From assembly GCA_029934085.1 (NCBI GenBank), contig JAOZMY010000008.1, positions 2,468-42,028 on the forward strand: a stretch of 39,561 bases of DNA. The letters are read 5' to 3'. Positions 23,937 through 33,154 of this stretch are shown in pieces. Below the pieces are notes generated by a model. The model saw only the letters and a program-made list of their open reading frames with translations. It was not told where the DNA came from and ran no database searches. The stretch comes from a bacterium. Its GTDB lineage: Bacteria > Desulfobacterota > S145-22. Both the position numbers and the translations under genes were made by a program. How positions within the stretch are numbered: the first letter of the stretch is position 1; every line of letters begins with the position of its first letter.

Positions 23937-24824
23937 ATGAATCCACTCGAGCTTAAGGGTGTGTTGCCACCCGTGGCCACACCATTCACGGATGATGAAC
24001 TCGATACCGAGGCGCTGAAACGCAACCTCGAGAAATACAACAAAACGGGACTCTCCGGATACCTGATTCTGGGTTCCAACGGCGAGGGCGTCTATCTCAA
24101 TGAAGGTGAGAAACGTGCCGTCCTCGGAGCGGCCAGACAGGCAATCCCGCAGGACAGGATCTTCATGGCCGGGATGGGACAGGAATCCACCCGTGAGACG
24201 ATCCGATGGGTGAATATATCGGCAGAGATAGGGGCCGATTGCGCCCTGATCGTGACCCCGAATTTCTATAAGGGCCTGATGACCTTCGAAGCACTGAGAC
24301 GTCACTACCTCGCCGTGGCGGAGACTGCCAAGATTCCGATCCTCATCTACAATGTCCCTCAGTTCACCGGGGTCAATCTAACACCAGACCTTATCGAGGC
24401 CTTATCCTCTCACCCCAATATCGTAGGCATCAAGGACAGCTCCGGGAACATCGGTCAGCTCGCTGAGATTATTCGCAGGACACCAAACGATTTTGCCGTT
24501 TTCGTGGGATCCGCTCCCGTTTTCTACCCTGCCCTCTGTATCGGCGCCGTAGGAGGCATCCTGGCGGTGGCCAATGTCATCCCGGAGGTTTGTGTGGCCC
24601 TGAAGGAAAGATTCGACGCCGGCAACCACGGGGAGGCAAAAAACCTCCAGTTCAAGATCACGCCCTTAGCCCGATGGGTCACCGCGGAACACGGAATCGG
24701 CGGGCTTAAGATGGCGATGGATGAAGTGGGTTACGAAGGCGGTCTTCCCCGATCCCCCCTGTTTCCCCCGGACGAAAGCCATCGGTCAGAACTCAAGGCG
24801 CTCCTCGAACCCTTCCGGTCTTAG
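23937..24824 (+). CDS. DapA-family class I (pyruvate-dependent) aldolase, HOGA-like subgroup
   Basis: 295 aa with GSNGEG (DapA has GTTGES), YNVPQFTG and the Schiff-base Lys block NIVGIKDSSGN. The pattern resembles 4-hydroxy-2-oxoglutarate aldolase as I recall it. Last gene of the plus-strand train. Confidence 0.8.
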   Translation: MNPLELKGVLPPVATPFTDDELDTEALKRNLEKYNKTGLSGYLILGSNGEGVYLNEGEKRAVLGAARQAIPQDRIFMAGMGQESTRETIRWVNISAEIGADCALIVTPNFYKGLMTFEALRRHYLAVAETAKIPILIYNVPQFTGVNLTPDLIEALSSHPNIVGIKDSSGNIGQLAEIIRRTPNDFAVFVGSAPVFYPALCIGAVGGILAVANVIPEVCVALKERFDAGNHGEAKNLQFKITPLARWVTAEHGIGGLKMAMDEVGYEGGLPRSPLFPPDESHRSELKALLEPFRS

Positions 24825-25546
24825 TCGGTAAAACGCCTGTAACTCTTTGGGTAAGCCTTACGACTCTGCATGAGCCCCAGCTCCACGAGCATCTGCGCGG
24901 TTTTGATTGCCACAGACACCCCATCCAGGACGGGAACTCCTAGAATATTCTCTATCTCATCACGGGATCCTTCGGGCAACACGGCGAAGATAGCTGAATA
25001 ACCCGCCACGATAACCTGCGCCCCCTCCTGCTCTATCTGATACTTAGCAATCTCAGTAAACCTTCTTTTGAGTTCCCGATTCCTGTCCGCGAGAACCTGT
25101 TCATCGATGTTCAGAGGTCGCATGGAGGTCATACGGTCCGCGCAGCCCATAAGCTGGATTCGCCGTGTAAACTCGGGAATGGTCGCATCACTCTTGCTCA
25201 CGACCCCGATCCGTTCTCCCAACTGACAGGCAAGATGAAAAACAGCTGAGCCTAACCCCACGACCGGGATGTCGACGGCACCCCGGGCCGCCTCTATCCC
25301 GAAATCGCAGATCCCGTGGATCATCACTGCATCACATCCCTCCGTTTCCGCACGGATCGTCAACTTCATTGTCTCCATGGCAAGTAGAGAGACATCCCCG
25401 CCCGTCTTAATTCCCCTTACCTCCCCCTTGAAAGTAAACGGAACGACTTCCCATGGGGAGGAAATAAACGCCTCCATGTGTCGTACCCGCAATTCCACAC
25501 CTTTGGTATCCAGTTCACCAGGAATTATCACGGCCAATCGTTTCAT
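24821..25546 (-). CDS. Asp/Glu/hydantoin racemase superfamily protein
   Basis: 241 aa. Overall pattern resembles HyuE-like racemases ([43 protein letters not shown]). Convergent with the aldolase gene; the stop codons overlap (24821-24824). Confidence 0.7.
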   Translation of the reverse strand: MKRLAVIIPGELDTKGVELRVRHMEAFISSPWEVVPFTFKGEVRGIKTGGDVSLLAMETMKLTIRAETEGCDAVMIHGICDFGIEAARGAVDIPVVGLGSAVFHLACQLGERIGVVSKSDATIPEFTRRIQLMGCADRMTSMRPLNIDEQVLADRNRELKRRFTEIAKYQIEQEGAQVIVAGYSAIFAVLPEGSRDEIENILGVPVLDGVSVAIKTAQMLVELGLMQSRKAYPKSYRRFTD

Positions 25547-25636
25547 CCCATCCTCCGCAAAAATAATGGCTCTATCTTAGATGCTTCGCCATCCGTTTTC
25601 AACTCTCTCCCGCGCGTTTCCCCTTCAGGCCTCTTG

Positions 25637-25665
25637 TTGCGATGGCACCTACCCTATGTTATAAG
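25637..25665 (+). promoter_or_regulatory. Candidate sigma70-type promoter for tatA-tatC
   Basis: TTGCGA (25637-25642), 17-nt spacer, TATAAG (25660-25665), 29 nt upstream of ATG 25694. Confidence 0.4.
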
Positions 25666-25693
25666 ACTTTATGAAAAAGTGAGGGTGGATACA

Positions 25694-26053
25694 ATGTTCG
25701 GCATTGGCATGACAGAATTAATCGTGATCCTGGTGATTGCCCTGATCATCTTCGGCCCGAAACGTCTTCCGGAGCTTGCGAAACACCTGGGTAAAGCTAT
25801 GCGTGAATTCAAAAAGGCCACGGATGAAGTCAAGGAAAATATCGGCCTGGATGGACTCGACTTGGACGAAATCGGTCCCACCCCCGAGGAAGAGGCTATC
25901 TCGGAAGAACCTTCCGAATCACTCGAAGAAGACGACACAGAACGTCCACCCGAAAATCTCCCTAAGAATGAAGACGCGGATGGGGAGAAAGAAGAGAAAG
26001 AAGAGAAAGAAGACACACACCCTACCTCTTCACCCCCTGACACTACCCCATGA
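25694..26053 (+). CDS. tatA: Twin-arginine translocase TatA/E-family protein with acidic C-terminal tail
   Basis: [42 protein letters not shown] is a canonical TatA N-terminus. The tracked ORF (from 25478) has an implausible upstream extension. GAGGGTGG Shine-Dalgarno. Confidence 0.88.
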   Translation: MFGIGMTELIVILVIALIIFGPKRLPELAKHLGKAMREFKKATDEVKENIGLDGLDLDEIGPTPEEEAISEEPSESLEEDDTERPPENLPKNEDADGEKEEKEEKEDTHPTSSPPDTTP

Positions 26054-26949
26054 GTCCCCTCAAAGAAGAAGAAAAACTCCCCTTTACAGATCACCTTGAA
26101 GAACTCCGACGGCGATTGATTATTTCCGTTATCGCCATCGCGGTGGGGTTTATCGTTTCTTATTTCTTCTCCAAACAACTCTTTGAGATTTTGATGAAAC
26201 CCCTCATTATCTCCCTGCCACCGAAATCAACCTTGATCTTTACTAGCCTCCCAGAGGCCTTTTTTACCTACTTGAAGGTCTCTCTCCTATCCGGAATTTT
26301 CCTGGCATCTCCCGTCGTCCTTTACGAGATGTGGGCCTTCATTTCCCCAGGTCTCTACAAACACGAAAAACGATATGTCGTTCCCTTTGTCCTTTTCTCT
26401 TCCATCTTCTTCATCGGCGGAGCGCTCTTCGGCTATTTCGTCGTTTTTCCTTTTGGTTTCAAATTCTTCCTCGGTTTTGCCACGGATTACATTCGGCCCA
26501 TGCCCACCATCAAGGAATACTTCGGTTTCTGCGCCAAGCTCCTCTTCGCCTTCGGGGTCATCTTCGAGCTCCCCCTCTTCGTGCTCTTCCTCTCTCGGAT
26601 CGGCATCGTTAACGAAAAGATGCTTCGGAAACAACGGAAATACGCCATTCTCCTCGTCTTCGTCACCTCAGCCATTCTGACTCCGCCCGACGTGATGACC
26701 CAGTTAATGATGGCGGGACCGCTTTTGGCCCTTTATGAAATCAGTATCTGGGTCGCCAAGGTATTTGGGCGGAAAAAAACGGATGAGGAACTTGAGGAGA
26801 AGGAAGAAGAAGAAAAAAAAGAAAACGGGGAATCAACACCTGAAACTGCGCCAGACAAAGAGGAAAAGGAAGTCTCAGAGGCGGATGACGTCCCGGAAGA
26901 GGATGAACTCTCTCCGGAAGAAGAGGCCGAGGAGCTCGACAAGCCCTAA
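26050..26949 (+). CDS. tatC: Twin-arginine translocase subunit TatC with ~60-aa acidic C-terminal extension
   Basis: 299 aa with the TatC N-terminus ([15 protein letters not shown]) and six hydrophobic segments. ATGA overlap with tatA. Confidence 0.92.
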   Translation: MSPLKEEEKLPFTDHLEELRRRLIISVIAIAVGFIVSYFFSKQLFEILMKPLIISLPPKSTLIFTSLPEAFFTYLKVSLLSGIFLASPVVLYEMWAFISPGLYKHEKRYVVPFVLFSSIFFIGGALFGYFVVFPFGFKFFLGFATDYIRPMPTIKEYFGFCAKLLFAFGVIFELPLFVLFLSRIGIVNEKMLRKQRKYAILLVFVTSAILTPPDVMTQLMMAGPLLALYEISIWVAKVFGRKKTDEELEEKEEEEKKENGESTPETAPDKEEKEVSEADDVPEEDELSPEEEAEELDKP

Positions 26950-26957
26950 GTTTTTCA

Positions 26958-26986
26958 TTGACTTGACTGGCCAACTTTGTTATGAG
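26958..26986 (+). promoter_or_regulatory. Candidate sigma70-type promoter for the por-nuoEF operon
   Basis: TTGACT (26958-26963; a second overlapping TTGACT at 26963-26968), 17-nt spacer, TATGAG (26981-26986), 34 nt upstream of ATG 27020. Confidence 0.35.
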
Positions 26987-27019
26987 TGTGAAAATTTTAA
27001 TTCGGAAGGTGAAAATTCT

Positions 27020-27568
27020 ATGATAGAGATTCGATTCCATGGTAGAGGAGGGCAGGGAGCTGTTACATCCGCCGAGCTGTTGGCCGTGGCTGCTATTGAG
27101 CATGGTATGTACGCCCAGGCATTTCCCAGTTTTGGGCCGGAGAGAAGAGGCGCTCCCGTCGTGGCCTTCTGCAGAATCAGCGACAGCCCCATCCGTTTGC
27201 GGGCCAATATCTACGAGCCGGATGTGGTCATCGTCCTGGATCCCTCGGTTCTGACCATCGCCCATGTTGAAAGAGGCCTCAAGCCAGATGGAACCCTTAT
27301 CTGTAACACGAAGTACGATGGGAATCACATCCGTAATCTCCTCAAAGTCAAGCAGAAGACGGCAACCGTCGATGCGAGCCACATCGCCATGGAAATTTTA
27401 GGCTTACCCATTACCAACACCACCATGTTGGGTGCCCTAATCAGGGCCACAGGCCTCTTGGAGGAAGACGCCTTGGAGGGTCCCCTGAAACGCCGGTTCG
27501 GGAAGATCGCGGAAAAGAATATCAAGGCCTACAAGACAGCCTATGAAAAAACGGTTATTTTAGACTAA
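27020..27568 (+). CDS. porG: 2-oxoacid (pyruvate-type):ferredoxin oxidoreductase gamma subunit
   Basis: 182 aa. [22 protein letters not shown]...[13 protein letters not shown] is a canonical PorG N-terminus. The tracked ORF start (26735) lies inside tatC and is rejected. Confidence 0.88.
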
Positions 27569-27667
27569 CCGAAAATATATGTATCTACAAGGACTCAAAA
27601 TAGCAAAAGCACGGTCAAGAGTTTCAAATCATTGGACTTTTGACGAAGCTGTAGAGGGAGAATAAAG

Positions 27668-27958
27668 GTGAAACCAGTAGATCAAATGACCTGGAAAGAT
27701 CTGAATATTGGGTGCGTCATCACGGAACCGGGGAATGCCGCCGAATATAAAAGCGGTGACTGGCGTTCCATGCGTCCCATTTGGGACAAGGATCGTTGCA
27801 TCCAGTGCGGCGTCTGTTATATCTTTTGCCCCGACGCGGCCATTTATAAAACCGAAGACAACTATTTCGAAGCGGACCTCTACTACTGCAAAGGCTGTGG
27901 AATCTGCGTAAAGGAATGCGTCACCGGGGCCATTCGCCTGGTCGAGGAGGAAGAATAA
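27668..27958 (+). CDS. porD: 2-oxoacid:ferredoxin oxidoreductase delta subunit (2x[4Fe-4S])
   Basis: 96 aa with a GTG start 8-9 nt after GGGAGA. Carries CIQCGVCYIFCP and CKGCGICVKEC. An ATG at 27686 is an alternative start without a Shine-Dalgarno. Confidence 0.85.
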   Translation: MKPVDQMTWKDLNIGCVITEPGNAAEYKSGDWRSMRPIWDKDRCIQCGVCYIFCPDAAIYKTEDNYFEADLYYCKGCGICVKECVTGAIRLVEEEE

Positions 27959-29133
27959 TGCCGAAACGTGTTGGAATGGAAGTTTCCATCGCCGCGAGTG
28001 AGGCCGTTCGCCTGGCGAACGTGGATGCTATCGCGGCTTATCCCATCACTCCACAAACTCATATCGTGGAACATCTCTCGGAGTTTGTCGCCAACGGGGA
28101 ACTGGATGCCGAATTCATCCCCGTGGAATCGGAACACTCCGCCATGAGTGTCTGCTGCGGAACCTCCGCGGCCGGGGCACGGACCTTTACGTGCACCAGC
28201 TCCCAGGGATTGGCACTCATGTCCGAGATCGTGTTCATTGCCTCCGCCATGCAGCTTCCCATCGTCATGATCCTGGCAAACCGGTCCCTGTCCGGCCCCC
28301 TGAGTATCTGGAACGACCACACGGACGTGATGCTGGTTCGGGACTGCGGCTGGATCCAGTGCTTTGGTGAAAACGGACAGGAGATCTTCGACCTGACCCT
28401 GTGCGCCTTCAAAATCGCGGAGGATCATCGGGTCATTCTCCCCTTCATCGTCAACATGGATGGATTCATCCTCTCCCACGTAATCGAGCCAGTGGAACTT
28501 CTGGATCAAGAAACAGTGGATAAATTTCTTCCCGTCTACAAACCGGTTTACCGTCTCGATCCGGACAACCCCGTGACCATGGGGGCCTTTGCCATGCCGG
28601 ATCTCTATACGGAAACCAAAAAGGCCCAGGACGAGCGGCTCAAGGCCTCCAAGCCCGTGATTGAAGAGATATGGAAAGAGTTCGGGGATCTGACGGGACG
28701 CTACTATTCCCCCATCGAAACCTACAAGGCAGAAGGGGCCAAAACCCTCTTCGTCACCATGGGAGGATTCAGCGAGACGGCATCCACGGCCGTGGACATG
28801 ATGCGGGAGGAAGGAGAACCCGTCGGACTGTGCAAGATCCGCCTCTGGCGTCCCTTCCCATTTGAGGACTTCTGGAAGGCCGTCAAAGGCGTGGATACCC
28901 TGATTGTCATCGACCGGGCTACATCCTATGGGGGGCCGGGAGGTCCCGTCGCGTCGGAACTTCGTTCCGCCCTCTATACCTGGGAGGATGCACCCAAGGT
29001 GGTCGACTTCATCGCAGGGCTTGCGGGTAGGGACGTCGCACCGGGGGATTATAAGAAAATGTATCAACGTGCCCAGCAGCGAATCGCCTCGGGAGACATC
29101 GCGGGCTACGAAATCTACGGAGTAAGGGAATAA
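27958..29133 (+). CDS. porA: 2-oxoacid:ferredoxin oxidoreductase alpha subunit
   Basis: 391 aa. MPKRVGMEVSIAASEAVRLANVDAIAAYPITPQTHIVE is a typical PorA N-terminus. TAATG overlap with porD. Confidence 0.9.
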   Translation: MPKRVGMEVSIAASEAVRLANVDAIAAYPITPQTHIVEHLSEFVANGELDAEFIPVESEHSAMSVCCGTSAAGARTFTCTSSQGLALMSEIVFIASAMQLPIVMILANRSLSGPLSIWNDHTDVMLVRDCGWIQCFGENGQEIFDLTLCAFKIAEDHRVILPFIVNMDGFILSHVIEPVELLDQETVDKFLPVYKPVYRLDPDNPVTMGAFAMPDLYTETKKAQDERLKASKPVIEEIWKEFGDLTGRYYSPIETYKAEGAKTLFVTMGGFSETASTAVDMMREEGEPVGLCKIRLWRPFPFEDFWKAVKGVDTLIVIDRATSYGGPGGPVASELRSALYTWEDAPKVVDFIAGLAGRDVAPGDYKKMYQRAQQRIASGDIAGYEIYGVRE

Positions 29134-30071
29134 TGGAAAATTTCAATGTTTATGCCGTAAGACTGCTGCCGAAGGGAGAGTACATCGCCCCGGGTCACCG
29201 AGCGTGCCAGGGATGCGCGGAAGTATTGGCGGTCCGCCTCGTGGGAAAGGCCCTGGGCAGAAACACCGTCATCGCCTGTGCGACGGGGTGTATGGAAATC
29301 ATCTCCTCTCCTCTTCCGACCACTTCCTGGCGTGTGCCTTGGATCCATGTGGCCTTTGAAAACGCCGCGGCCGTTGCATCGGGGGTAGAAGCGGGGCTCA
29401 AGGTCCTGATGAGGAAAGGTCGGATTCCCAAGAAGAAGATCAATGTCTTAGCCATGGCCGGAGATGGAGGAACCTCCGACATTGGGTTGCAAGCCCTTTC
29501 CGGTGCCTTGGAACGAGGTCACAACATGATCTACGTCTGTTATGACAACGAGGCCTACATGAACACGGGAATCCAGCGGTCCTCCTCAACCCCCTTCGGG
29601 GCGGCCACGACTACCTCGCCGGCCGGAAAGGTCAAACCGGGACAGGTAACCTGGAAGAAAAACATGCCGGAGATCGCGGTGGCCCATAATATTCCCTACG
29701 TGGCGACGGCGTGTCCCAGCTATCCCTTCGACCTTATGGAAAAGGTCAAAAAGGCCGCAGAGGTGGAAGGACCTGCCTACATTCACATCTTATCGGTCTG
29801 CCCCACGGGCTGGCGGCTTGCGCCGGACTTGGCCATTCGTGCTGGACGGCTCGCCGTGGAAACGGGGATCTTCCCCCTCTACGAGGTGGAAAACGGAAAA
29901 TACTCGTTGAGCGTGGAGATCCCGAAGCGGAGACCCGTCGAAGACTACCTGAAGATTCAGGGACGTTTTCGCCACCTGACTCCTGATCTCATCCAAAAGA
30001 TTCAGGAACACGTGGATAAGAAATACAACAACCTGTTAGCCAAGGTTCGTTTCAGTGAGGAAATGTCATGA
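29133..30071 (+). CDS. porB: 2-oxoacid:ferredoxin oxidoreductase beta subunit (TPP-binding)
   Basis: 312 aa with GHRACQGCAE and the TPP motif MAGDGGTSDIGLQALSGALERGHNMIYVCYDNEAYMNTG. TAATG overlap with porA. Confidence 0.9.
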   Translation: MENFNVYAVRLLPKGEYIAPGHRACQGCAEVLAVRLVGKALGRNTVIACATGCMEIISSPLPTTSWRVPWIHVAFENAAAVASGVEAGLKVLMRKGRIPKKKINVLAMAGDGGTSDIGLQALSGALERGHNMIYVCYDNEAYMNTGIQRSSSTPFGAATTTSPAGKVKPGQVTWKKNMPEIAVAHNIPYVATACPSYPFDLMEKVKKAAEVEGPAYIHILSVCPTGWRLAPDLAIRAGRLAVETGIFPLYEVENGKYSLSVEIPKRRPVEDYLKIQGRFRHLTPDLIQKIQEHVDKKYNNLLAKVRFSEEMS

Positions 30072-30532
30072 GTCCGGAAACATTAGATGCCATCCTTGAA
30101 CGTTACGACAGGAATCCCGCCCAGTTGATCCCCATTCTCCAGGACGTGCAGGCGGAGGAAAACTATCTTCCGAGGGAGGCCTTGGAAGCCATCTCCGAAA
30201 AGTTAGACATCCCCCTCGTTCGGATCTACTCGGTGGCCACCTTTTATAAGGCCTTTAGCCTGGAACCGAGAGGAAAACACATTATCCAGGTATGCATGGG
30301 AACGGCATGCCACGTGCGTGGCGCCCCCCGCATCCTCGACAAAATGGTCCGGGATCTTGGCGTCCAGCCCGGTGCAACCACAAAGGATATGGAATTTACA
30401 CTGGAAACCGTCAATTGTCTCGGTGCTTGCGCCTTGGGGCCCATCGTGGTGGTTGACGGCGAATACCACGGACAGATGACGTCCCCCAAATGGGATAAAA
30501 TCTATAAAACGCTGAAGAAGGCAGAGGGTTAA
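30068..30532 (+). CDS. nuoE: NuoE/HydC-like thioredoxin-like [2Fe-2S] protein
   Basis: 154 aa with VCMGTAC and VNCLGAC Cys pairs and the typical NuoE N-terminus (ILERYDRNPAQLIPILQDVQ). ATGA overlap with porB. Confidence 0.88.
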   Translation: MSPETLDAILERYDRNPAQLIPILQDVQAEENYLPREALEAISEKLDIPLVRIYSVATFYKAFSLEPRGKHIIQVCMGTACHVRGAPRILDKMVRDLGVQPGATTKDMEFTLETVNCLGACALGPIVVVDGEYHGQMTSPKWDKIYKTLKKAEG

Positions 30533-30535
30533 TCG

Positions 30536-32389
30536 ATGAGACGTGTGAACTCCCAGCAGGAGCTGGAGGCTTTACGAGAAGAGATCCGGAAGGCGAGGGA
30601 TCCCAACCAGATCCTTGTAACCATTTGTACCGGAACGGGATGCCATGCTTATGGCTGTATGAACATCGTTTCCGCCTTTAAACAGGAGATCGAAAAGGCG
30701 GGACTGACTGACAAGGTGGGGATCCGAACCACGGGGTGCCATGGGTTCTGCGAGAGAGGTCCCCTGGTGGTTATCTATCCCCAGAAGATCTTCTACCAAC
30801 GGGTACAGATTGACGACGTGGCTGAAATTGTTAATGAAACTTTGAAAGACAGCAAGGTCATCGATCGTCTCCTCTACGCCCATCCCCAGACGGAGAAGGT
30901 GGCAACCTACGAACATGATGTCCCCTTTTACAATCTCCAAAAGAGGATCATATTTGGCAACAACGGCCTCATCGATCCCACGAGCCTGGAAGATTATCTC
31001 GCCATTGGTGGATACGCGGCCTTCGCCAAGGCCCTCTTTGCCATGAAGCCTGAAGAGGTTTTAGAGGAGGTCAAGAAATCGGGGCTCCGCGGGAGAGGCG
31101 GCGGTGGATTCCCCACGGGACGCAAGTGGGAAAGCTGCCGAAACGCCAAAGACGACAAGAAATATGTCATCTGCAACGCGGACGAGGGCGATCCCGGCGC
31201 TTACATGGACCGGAGCCTTTTGGAAGGAAATCCTCACAGCGTCCTGGAAGGGATGCTCATTGGTGCCTACGCCATCGGTTCGGACGAAGGATACATCTAC
31301 GTGCGAAACGAGTATCCCCTGGCGGTCAAACACGCGGAGATTGCCATTGATGCCCTGAAAGAGATAGGGCTTTTGGGTGAAAACATCCTTGGCACCGATT
31401 TCTCATTCGACATCCACATCAACCGCGGCGGCGGTGCCTTCGTGTGTGGGGAATCAACCGCCCTGGTGGCCTCCATCGAGGGCCGAGTGGGGGAACCCCG
31501 TTCCAAATACATTCACTTGGCGGAAAGCGGTTTGTGGGGGAAACCCACCAACCTCAACAACGTGGAAACCTGGGCCAACGTCCCCGTTATCATCGACAGA
31601 GGAGCCGATTGGTATACCCAGATCGGAACGGAAGGCAGCAAGGGAACAAAGATCTTTTCGTTGGTCGGAAAGGTCAACAACACGGGCCTTGTCGAGGTCC
31701 CCATGGGGATTACCCTCCGAGAGATCATCTTTGACATCGGCGGAGGTATTCCCAACGGGAAGAAGTTCAAGGCCGTCCAGACGGGAGGTCCCTCCGGCGG
31801 CTGTATCCCGGAATCCCTTATCGACATCCCCGTCGATTTCGATAAGTTGACGGAGGTGGGCTCCATGATGGGATCCGGCGGCATGATCGTCATGGACGAG
31901 TCCACCTGCATGGTGGATGTGGCCAAATACTTCGTCAACTTCCTGAAAGGTGAGTCGTGCGGGAAGTGCACCCCCTGCCGTGAAGGGCTGCTACGCATGT
32001 CCCAGATCCTCGAAGACATCACAGAGGGGCGCGGGGAAGAGGGAGATATCGAGCTGCTCGAAGAGCTGGGCGAGGTTATGAAAGACGCCTCTCTCTGCGG
32101 GCTCGGTCAGACCGCCCCCAACCCAGTGCTCAGCACGATCAAGTATTTCCGGGATGAATACGAGGCCCACATCAAGGAAAAGCGCTGTCCGGCGGGAGTC
32201 TGCAAGGCCCTCATCACCTATGAGATCGACCCGGATAAGTGTACCGGTTGTGGGGCATGCAAGCGTAACTGCCCCGTGGAATGTATCTCCGGTGAGAAAA
32301 AAGAGCCTCATACCATTGATCAATCGAAGTGCATCAAGTGCGGCACCTGTAAAGACGTCTGTAAATTTGATGCCATAACCGTGAAATAG
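30536..32389 (+). CDS. nuoF: NuoF/HydB-like NAD(P)H-binding FMN Fe-S flavoprotein
   Basis: 617 aa. N-terminal 2Fe-2S thioredoxin-like domain ([11 protein letters not shown]...[10 protein letters not shown]), [29 protein letters not shown], and a C-terminal ferredoxin domain ([23 protein letters not shown]). This is the architecture of HydB-type subunits of NAD-linked hydrogenases and formate dehydrogenases. Confidence 0.9.
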   Translation: MRRVNSQQELEALREEIRKARDPNQILVTICTGTGCHAYGCMNIVSAFKQEIEKAGLTDKVGIRTTGCHGFCERGPLVVIYPQKIFYQRVQIDDVAEIVNETLKDSKVIDRLLYAHPQTEKVATYEHDVPFYNLQKRIIFGNNGLIDPTSLEDYLAIGGYAAFAKALFAMKPEEVLEEVKKSGLRGRGGGGFPTGRKWESCRNAKDDKKYVICNADEGDPGAYMDRSLLEGNPHSVLEGMLIGAYAIGSDEGYIYVRNEYPLAVKHAEIAIDALKEIGLLGENILGTDFSFDIHINRGGGAFVCGESTALVASIEGRVGEPRSKYIHLAESGLWGKPTNLNNVETWANVPVIIDRGADWYTQIGTEGSKGTKIFSLVGKVNNTGLVEVPMGITLREIIFDIGGGIPNGKKFKAVQTGGPSGGCIPESLIDIPVDFDKLTEVGSMMGSGGMIVMDESTCMVDVAKYFVNFLKGESCGKCTPCREGLLRMSQILEDITEGRGEEGDIELLEELGEVMKDASLCGLGQTAPNPVLSTIKYFRDEYEAHIKEKRCPAGVCKALITYEIDPDKCTGCGACKRNCPVECISGEKKEPHTIDQSKCIKCGTCKDVCKFDAITVK

Positions 32390-32401
32390 AAGGAAACAAC
32401 C

Positions 32402-33124
32402 ATGGCAAAGGTTCAACTAACCATTGACGGAAGAACGGTCGAAGCGGAAGAGGGCGCCATGCTGCTGCAGGTCGCCAGAGACGCGGGTGCAGATATCCCT
32501 TCCCTCTGTCACAACGACGAAATAAAACCTTACGGCGCCTGCCGGATGTGTATGGTCGAGGTGGAGGAACACGGAAGAAAACGCCTGGTCACCTCCTGCA
32601 CCTACCCCGTTAAGGAAGGCATCTCCGTGACCACTCAATCCGACCGTATCTTCAGAAACCGAAAGATGATCGTAGAGCTTCTCCTCGCGCGGTGTTACAA
32701 GGTCCCCGAAGTGCGGGAAATGGCGCGCAACTACGGCATCGAGGTGGAAAACCCGCGGTTTGAAACCCGTGAAGACACCTGTATCCTCTGCGGCATGTGT
32801 GTCCGCGTATGCGACGAGGTCGTCGGAGTTCACGCCATTGGTTTCGCGGGAAGGGGTCCTGACCGTGTACCGACACCTCCCTTCAAAGAACCATCCGAAC
32901 TATGCATCGCGTGTGGCGCCTGCGTCTACGTCTGCCCGGTCGACGCCATCAAGATGGTGCAAACACCGGAGGCAAGAACCATCAAGCGTTGGCAGCGGAC
33001 CCTTCCCATGAAGGTATGCAAAATCTGCGGAGAACCCTTCATGCCGGAATATCAGATCGAATACTTCACCAAACGTGCGAAGATACCGGAGGACTTCTTT
33101 GAAGTTTGTCCCAATTGCCGCTAA
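32402..33124 (+). CDS. Truncated NuoG/HydA-N-terminal-like Fe-S protein (2Fe-2S plus 2x[4Fe-4S]; no catalytic domain)
   Basis: 240 aa. 2Fe-2S pattern SLC...GACRMC...TSC, then CILCGMCVRVC and CIACGACVYVCP, then a terminal CKIC...CPNC pair. Ends well before any H-cluster or molybdopterin domain. Confidence 0.8.
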   Translation: MAKVQLTIDGRTVEAEEGAMLLQVARDAGADIPSLCHNDEIKPYGACRMCMVEVEEHGRKRLVTSCTYPVKEGISVTTQSDRIFRNRKMIVELLLARCYKVPEVREMARNYGIEVENPRFETREDTCILCGMCVRVCDEVVGVHAIGFAGRGPDRVPTPPFKEPSELCIACGACVYVCPVDAIKMVQTPEARTIKRWQRTLPMKVCKICGEPFMPEYQIEYFTKRAKIPEDFFEVCPNCR

Positions 33125-33154
33125 TTTTATCACAAAAAAGGCCATGCTTTCCCA

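Noticed and set aside
25643-25659. TGGCAC in the tatA upstream region as a sigma54 -24 element
   Set aside because: The required -12 TTGC(A/T) element is absent at the correct spacing (the sequence reads TGGCACCTACCCTATGT).
25478-25693. Upstream 72-codon extension of the tatA ORF
   Set aside because: The extension overlaps the 5' end of the minus-strand racemase-family gene and the promoter-like element. The canonical TatA N-terminus starts at ATG 25694 with its own Shine-Dalgarno.
26813-26820. A8 run (and an A7 run at 26773-26779) in tatC as a phase-variation slippage site
   Set aside because: The runs sit in the dispensable-looking acidic tail after the last TM segment, so a frameshift would not switch TatC off. 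They are explained by Lys/Glu codon composition.
26735-27019. Upstream 95-codon extension of the porG ORF
   Set aside because: The extension lies out of frame within tatC and translates the purine-rich tract into K/R-rich low-complexity sequence. PorG homologs begin at [13 protein letters not shown].
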